64,000 nucleotides of DNA from Chloroflexota bacterium (lineage in GTDB: Bacteria; Chloroflexota; Limnocylindria; Limnocylindrales; CSP1-4). The position numbers and the translations under genes are program-made. Below the pieces are notes generated by a model. The model was not told the DNA's origin. It made no database searches and worked only from the letters and a program-made list of their open reading frames with translations. Every line of letters starts with the position of its first letter. The stretch's first letter is position 1. The DNA is taken from assembly GCA_016781485.1 (NCBI GenBank), contig JADDQH010000004.1:629-64628 (forward strand), read 5' to 3'. Shown one piece after another: positions 59,695 to 64,000 of this stretch.

Positions 59695-60144
59695 CTATCG
59701 GATGAACGCGGCGAGGTGGCCCGTCCGCGCGTCGGCAAGGCGCTGATGGTGCGGTGTCACGAGCGGCGGTAGCTCGTCGGGCGAGAAGAACGCCACGTCC
59801 CTTGTCTCCTCCGTCAGTCTGGGAGTCCCCTCGTCAGCCCTGCATCGAAAGCACAGGACGACCGGATGATGTGCCGTCCCGTCAGGATAGGTGACCAGCA
59901 GGTTCGGGTCGGAATAGACGCCGACCAGATGCTCGGGGGTCACGTTCAGCTCGGTCTCCTCACGCACCTCTCGGACGATCGCCTCTGACACGCTCTCCCC
60001 CGGCTCCATGATGCCCCCCGGGAGGCACCACAGCCCGCTATCCCGGCGCTGTGTCAGCAACACCCGCCCCGCCCCGTCGAAGATCACCGCCGACGTTGCC
60101 AATGACACCCTCCCGCGTCTGCCGACGCGGTCCCCGACGATCAT
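59695..60144 (-). CDS. NUDIX hydrolase
   Basis: Nudix box GGIMEPGESVSEAIVREVREETEL. Start ATG 60144. The longer track ORF upstream is low-complexity shadow. Confidence 0.85.
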   Translation of the reverse strand: MIVGDRVGRRGRVSLATSAVIFDGAGRVLLTQRRDSGLWCLPGGIMEPGESVSEAIVREVREETELNVTPEHLVGVYSDPNLLVTYPDGTAHHPVVLCFRCRADEGTPRLTEETRDVAFFSPDELPPLVTPHHQRLADARTGHLAAFIR

Positions 60145-60240
60145 CGAAGGCACGGCGGCGATGCTCCTCGTCGATTGACGCATACCCGGGGCGACCCCAC
60201 TATACCGAGCGATGGCCCGACGGACCGGGACGACCCGGTG

Positions 60241-61350
60241 ATGCCCGCCGCACCGGGCGCCCTCCTGTTCATCCTGGCCAGCCTTGCCGCTGCCGCGTTC
60301 ATCGCCTTCGCCGCGACACCGCTTGCCGCCCGGTTCGCCCAACGCGTCGGCGCGGTCGACCGCCCGGCGGCTCATCGCTGGAGCCACCGCCCCATCCCTC
60401 GCTCCGGCGGTCTCGCGATCGGCACGGCGTTCGTGCTCGCGGGCAGCGCGGCGGTCGCGGTCAATGAGGTGACAGGGGTCGTGCCTCGCCTCTCCGTGGC
60501 GCCCTCGATGCTGCTCGCGCTGTTCGGCGGCGTCGCCGTCGCCGCGCTGCTCGGCTTCCTGGACGATCGATTCGAGCTGCCCGCGACCCGGCAGTTCGTC
60601 GGCCAGGTCGGTCTCGGCCTGGTCGCCGTCCTGGGCGGACTCTCCATCGGCGCGGCGAACAACCCGTTCGGTGCGGGACAGGTCGTGTTCGAGCAGCCCT
60701 TCGCGGCGGCGTTCGCGGTGCTCTGGATCATGGGCCTCATCAACAGCATCAACTTCGTCGACGGGCTGGACGGGTTGAGCGCCGGGATCGCCCTCATCGC
60801 TTCGATGACGCTCGGGCTCATCTCGCTGACGACGACGATCAACCAGCCGTTCGTCGCGCTGCTGTGCGCGGTCCTGGCGGGTTCCCTCCTCGGCTTCCTG
60901 CCCTGGAACTTCCACCCGGCTCGGATCTATATCGGGACGACGGGAGTATGGGTCGTCGGGTACGCGCTCGGCGTCCTCGCGATCCTTGGCACCGCCAAGA
61001 TCGTGGTCGCGCTGCTCGTCCTCGGCGTGCCGGTCATCGACACCTTCTGGATCATCGTCCGGCGGCTGCGCCAGCGACGGTCACCCTTCTCGTCTGACCG
61101 GACGCACCTCCACCACCGCCTGCTCGACCTCGGCCTGACGCACCGGGCGGCGGTCCTCCTCGTCTACGCCATCTGCGCGGTCCTCGCGCTCCTCGGGCTC
61201 GTCCTCACGGGCACCGACCAGTTCTATGCGTTCCTGGGGATCCTCCTGGCAGGGGGCGTGCTCCTGCAGCTGGCGGGCGGGTACGCGGAGCGTGCCCAGG
61301 AGGCGCTCGCACCGGAGACGTATGAGGACGAGACCGCGGCGGAGGGGTGA
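60241..61350 (+). CDS. Polyprenyl-phosphate N-acetylhexosamine-1-phosphate transferase (WecA/TagO/MraY family)
   Basis: Polytopic. Motifs VDRPAAHRWSHRPIPRSGGLAI, NSINFVDGLDGLSAGIALI, FLPWNFHPARIYIGTTG, HLHHRLLDLG. Confidence 0.8.
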   Translation: MPAAPGALLFILASLAAAAFIAFAATPLAARFAQRVGAVDRPAAHRWSHRPIPRSGGLAIGTAFVLAGSAAVAVNEVTGVVPRLSVAPSMLLALFGGVAVAALLGFLDDRFELPATRQFVGQVGLGLVAVLGGLSIGAANNPFGAGQVVFEQPFAAAFAVLWIMGLINSINFVDGLDGLSAGIALIASMTLGLISLTTTINQPFVALLCAVLAGSLLGFLPWNFHPARIYIGTTGVWVVGYALGVLAILGTAKIVVALLVLGVPVIDTFWIIVRRLRQRRSPFSSDRTHLHHRLLDLGLTHRAAVLLVYAICAVLALLGLVLTGTDQFYAFLGILLAGGVLLQLAGGYAERAQEALAPETYEDETAAEG

Positions 61351-61373
61351 AGGACGAGTCCGGCCCGTCTTCG

Positions 61374-62123
61374 CTACATCATCACGAGGCCGCCATCGAC
61401 GGCGAGGACCTGCCCCGTGATGAAGCTCGCCTCGTCCGAGGCGAGGAACGCGACCGCGGCCGCGATCTCCTCGGGTGTCCCGAATCTCGCGAGCGGAGTC
61501 GCCGCCTTGAGCTGGTCCATCAGGTTCTCGGGCAGCGTTTCGGTGAGCTCGGTCAGTACGAACCCCGGAGCGACAGCGTTGCAGGTGATGCCGCGACTCG
61601 CAAGCTCGCGGGCGGTCGCCTTGGTGAGCCCGATGAGTCCGGCCTTCGCCGACGAGTAATTCGCCTGTCCCTGCTGCCCGGCCTGTCCGGAGACGCTCGT
61701 GATGTTGACGATCCTCCCGCGCCTCGCCTTCAGCATCGGCCGGGTGACGGCCTTGATCGTGTAGAAGGCTCCGAAGAGGTTCGTCTCGAGTACGGCGCGC
61801 CACGCATCCACACTCATGCGCATGATCAGATCGTCACGCGTGATCCCGGCGTTGTTCACGAGGATGTCGACCTTCCCGAATGCGCCGAGCGCTGCCGCGA
61901 CGAGCGATTCCGCGGCGGCGGGGTCCGTGACGTCGGCCTGTACGGGGAGCGCGCGCCGCCCCTGCTCCTCGATGTCGCGCTTCGTCGCCTCGGCCGCCGC
62001 CGCGTTGCCGCGGTAGCTGAAGCAGACGTCCGAGCCCTGCTCGGCGAGCCGCAGTGCGATGGCGCGCCCGATCCCCCGGGACCCGCCCGTTACGACCGCG
62101 GTTTTGCCGTCGAGCTCGATCAA
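61374..62123 (-). CDS. fabG: 3-oxoacyl-[acyl-carrier-protein] reductase
   Basis: Motifs GKTAVVTGGSRGIGRAIA, NNAGITRD, NYSSAKAGLIGLTKATARELASRGITCNAVAPGF, GQVLAVDGGLVM. 249 aa. Confidence 0.85.
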   Translation of the reverse strand: MIELDGKTAVVTGGSRGIGRAIALRLAEQGSDVCFSYRGNAAAAEATKRDIEEQGRRALPVQADVTDPAAAESLVAAALGAFGKVDILVNNAGITRDDLIMRMSVDAWRAVLETNLFGAFYTIKAVTRPMLKARRGRIVNITSVSGQAGQQGQANYSSAKAGLIGLTKATARELASRGITCNAVAPGFVLTELTETLPENLMDQLKAATPLARFGTPEEIAAAVAFLASDEASFITGQVLAVDGGLVMM

Positions 62124-63523
62124 CGACGGCTCGCCTTCGTCCCCTCCCGACCGAACTCGGCCTCGACCTCCGCGAATCCGAGGTGGCGGCGCCCGTCGCC
62201 TGCCGGGTCGCCGTCCGCGACGACGGCGCCGGCAGATGGGTGAGCTGGTTCGGGCTCACCGGGCGCCACGTCGTCGAGCGGGACCGGCGGTCCCTCTCGG
62301 CCGTCGAGGACGTCCATCAGGCGGGCGGGCATCGGGTCGACCGAATCCCAGTCGAGGGGTGCGCGCACGGAGGCGACCGGGACGACGCCGTCCGCGCGCC
62401 GCCCCAGGAGCGGGTCCGCCGTCCATTCCACCGCGACCGCAGCGCTCGTGAGGCCGGCCCCGAAGGCGACGAGGACGATGCGATCTCCCACCTTCACCCG
62501 GCCCGAGTCGACGGCCTCGGCGAGCGCGATCCCGACGGAAGCGGCAGACGTGTTCCCGTAGCGGTCGAGGTCCACGAACATCTTGTCCATCGAGAGCCCG
62601 AGGCCTTTCGCGACCGCCTCGATGATGCGGATGTTGGCCTGATGGGGGATGAACAGATCGACGTTGCCGGGGTCCCATCCCGCTCGTCGGATCGCCGTCA
62701 ACGCGCTCGTCGCCATCGTCTTCGTGGCGTAGCGATAGGTCTCCCTCCCCTCCATCCGCACGAAGTGCTCCCCTCGATCCACGGTCTCCTCGGACGGCGG
62801 GCTCTTGGAGCCGCCCGACGGAAGCCAGATGAGGTAGGCGCCGTCGGGGTCGGTCGTCATCTCGAGGCCTTCCAGCCCGCCCCCGGGCTCGTCCGACGCC
62901 GACACGACCACGGCGCCAGCGCCGTCACCGAACAGGATGCAGGTGTTCCGGTCGCTGAAGTCGAGGAACCGCGACAGGACCTCCGAGCCCGCCACGAGCA
63001 CGTTCCGGTACATCCCGCTCCGGATGTACGCGTCGGCCGTCGCGTACGCATAGACGAACCCGGAGCAGGCGGCCATCACGTCGAACGCGGCTGCCGTCCT
63101 GTTGCCGATCGCCTCCTTCACGAGTGCCGCGGTCGACGGCATCCAGTAGTCCGGCGTCAGGGTCGCCACGAGGATGAGGTCGATGTCGTCGGGCTCGAGG
63201 CCCGCCACGGCGAGGGCCCGCTTGCCGGCCACCGCCGCCAGCGTCGCTGTCGTCTCATGCGGCGCGGCGACTCTCCGCTCGCGGATCCCCGTCCGTGAGC
63301 GGATCCAGTCGTCGGACGTGTCGACGAGCTTCTCGAGGTCCGCGTTCGTGAGTATCCGGTCCGGCGCGTACATCCCCCAGCCCGTGATCCGCACGCTCGC
63401 CGGCCCGATCCTGCGTCCTCTGGGGTCGACGCCCTCGCGGCTTCCCACGAGGGGGCCGGCAGGCGCATCGGCAAGCGGCCGCTGCGCGCGCTCCCTGCTG
63501 TCCACGCCACCGTCCAGCGTCAT
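62120..63523 (-). CDS. fabH: 3-oxoacyl-ACP synthase III with N- and C-terminal extensions
   Basis: Core runs from VRITGWGMYAPDRILTNADLEKLVDTSDDWIRSRTGIRERR through AACSGFVYA (active-site Cys), IPHQANIRI, GNTSAASV to LVAFGAGLTSAAVAVEW. The ORF then continues ~105 aa to a stop overlapping the fabG start (ATGA). The start may be internal. Confidence 0.8.
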   Translation of the reverse strand: MTLDGGVDSRERAQRPLADAPAGPLVGSREGVDPRGRRIGPASVRITGWGMYAPDRILTNADLEKLVDTSDDWIRSRTGIRERRVAAPHETTATLAAVAGKRALAVAGLEPDDIDLILVATLTPDYWMPSTAALVKEAIGNRTAAAFDVMAACSGFVYAYATADAYIRSGMYRNVLVAGSEVLSRFLDFSDRNTCILFGDGAGAVVVSASDEPGGGLEGLEMTTDPDGAYLIWLPSGGSKSPPSEETVDRGEHFVRMEGRETYRYATKTMATSALTAIRRAGWDPGNVDLFIPHQANIRIIEAVAKGLGLSMDKMFVDLDRYGNTSAASVGIALAEAVDSGRVKVGDRIVLVAFGAGLTSAAVAVEWTADPLLGRRADGVVPVASVRAPLDWDSVDPMPARLMDVLDGREGPPVPLDDVAPGEPEPAHPSAGAVVADGDPAGDGRRHLGFAEVEAEFGREGTKASRR

Positions 63524-63993
63524 GCCGGCTCCACCTCGATCAGTGGTTGTTTCGCCTTCACGAGGGTGCCGTTCTCGGCGGCGATGCGGACCACTGTCCC
63601 GGTGATGTCGCTCTTGATCTCGTTGAACAGCTTCATCGCCTCGATGAGCCCGATCACCTGGCCCTCTCTCACGTCGGATCCAGGCTCCAAGTAGGGAGAG
63701 GCGTCGGGCGCAGGAGCGGTGTAGAAGATGCCGGTGAGCGGCGCGAGTACCGCGTGGAGGCCGAGCGACTCGTCCGGTGCGGGCGACTCGCCCGTCTCGA
63801 CTCCCGCCGGCGATGCCGCTGCCGGATCGGTGGTACCGAGCGAAGCAGCGAGAGCCGAAGCGGCCTGCCGATCGAGCCCTGGCGCCAATGCCGCCGGGGA
63901 GCGGAGGATGACCCCGGTGCCGCTAGACTCGACTTCCAGCTCGGCGAGCTCCGACCGCTCGAACAGCGCCTCGAGACGATCGATGAGCGCCAT
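63520..63993 (-). CDS. accB: Biotin carboxyl carrier protein of acetyl-CoA carboxylase
   Basis: 157 aa. Ala/Pro-rich linker. Biotinyl domain EGQVIGLIEAMKLFNEIKSDITGTVVRIAAENGTLVKAKQPLIEV (the E-A-M-K biotinylation motif). Confidence 0.85.
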   Translation of the reverse strand: MALIDRLEALFERSELAELEVESSGTGVILRSPAALAPGLDRQAASALAASLGTTDPAAASPAGVETGESPAPDESLGLHAVLAPLTGIFYTAPAPDASPYLEPGSDVREGQVIGLIEAMKLFNEIKSDITGTVVRIAAENGTLVKAKQPLIEVEPA

Positions 63994-64000
63994 CAGCTCG

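Overview
High-GC (roughly 70%) bacterial chromosomal segment. The gene content looks monoderm-like (two LCP ligases, WecA-type and WbaP-type initiators, no outer-membrane export genes), so an Actinobacteria- or Chloroflexi-like host is likely; that taxonomy is inference only.

Layout:
- Left edge (8-2599): a soluble PRC-barrel/MgtE-N/CBS protein, followed 6 nt later by an NRAMP-family transporter whose metal-site motifs are non-canonical.
- Centre (about 2.6-61.4 kb): an almost uninterrupted supercluster for cell-envelope glycopolymer biosynthesis. It contains:
  - 3 paralogous polytopic alkaline-phosphatase-fold (LtaS/EptA-like) proteins, plus the ghost of a 4th.
  - 3 intact PIG-V-like GT-C glycosyltransferases and 1 decayed copy.
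  - A 1467-aa double GT-C protein coupled to a GT2.
  - A glycerol-1-phosphate dehydrogenase / cytidylyltransferase / CDP-alcohol phosphotransferase module.
  - An Arn-like 5-gene operon: sugar dehydrogenase, SDR, methyltransferase, flippase-like protein, GT2.
  - GDP-D-rhamnose genes (gmd, rmd).
  - UDP-sulfoquinovose synthase and a PAPS-type sulfotransferase.
  - 2 MOP flippases, 4 Wzy/WaaL-like polymerases or ligases, 5 GT4 and 4 GT2 enzymes, and 2 LCP ligases.
- Right edge: the fatty-acid genes accB-fabH-fabG.

I recognised no rRNA, tRNA, CRISPR array, transposase or integrase. Many long ORFs in the supplied track are antisense or out-of-frame shadows typical of high-GC DNA (Arg/Pro/Gly/Asp-rich, low complexity) and are not called.

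All functional calls rest on motifs I can read in the translations. No database search was possible, and start codons are often uncertain.
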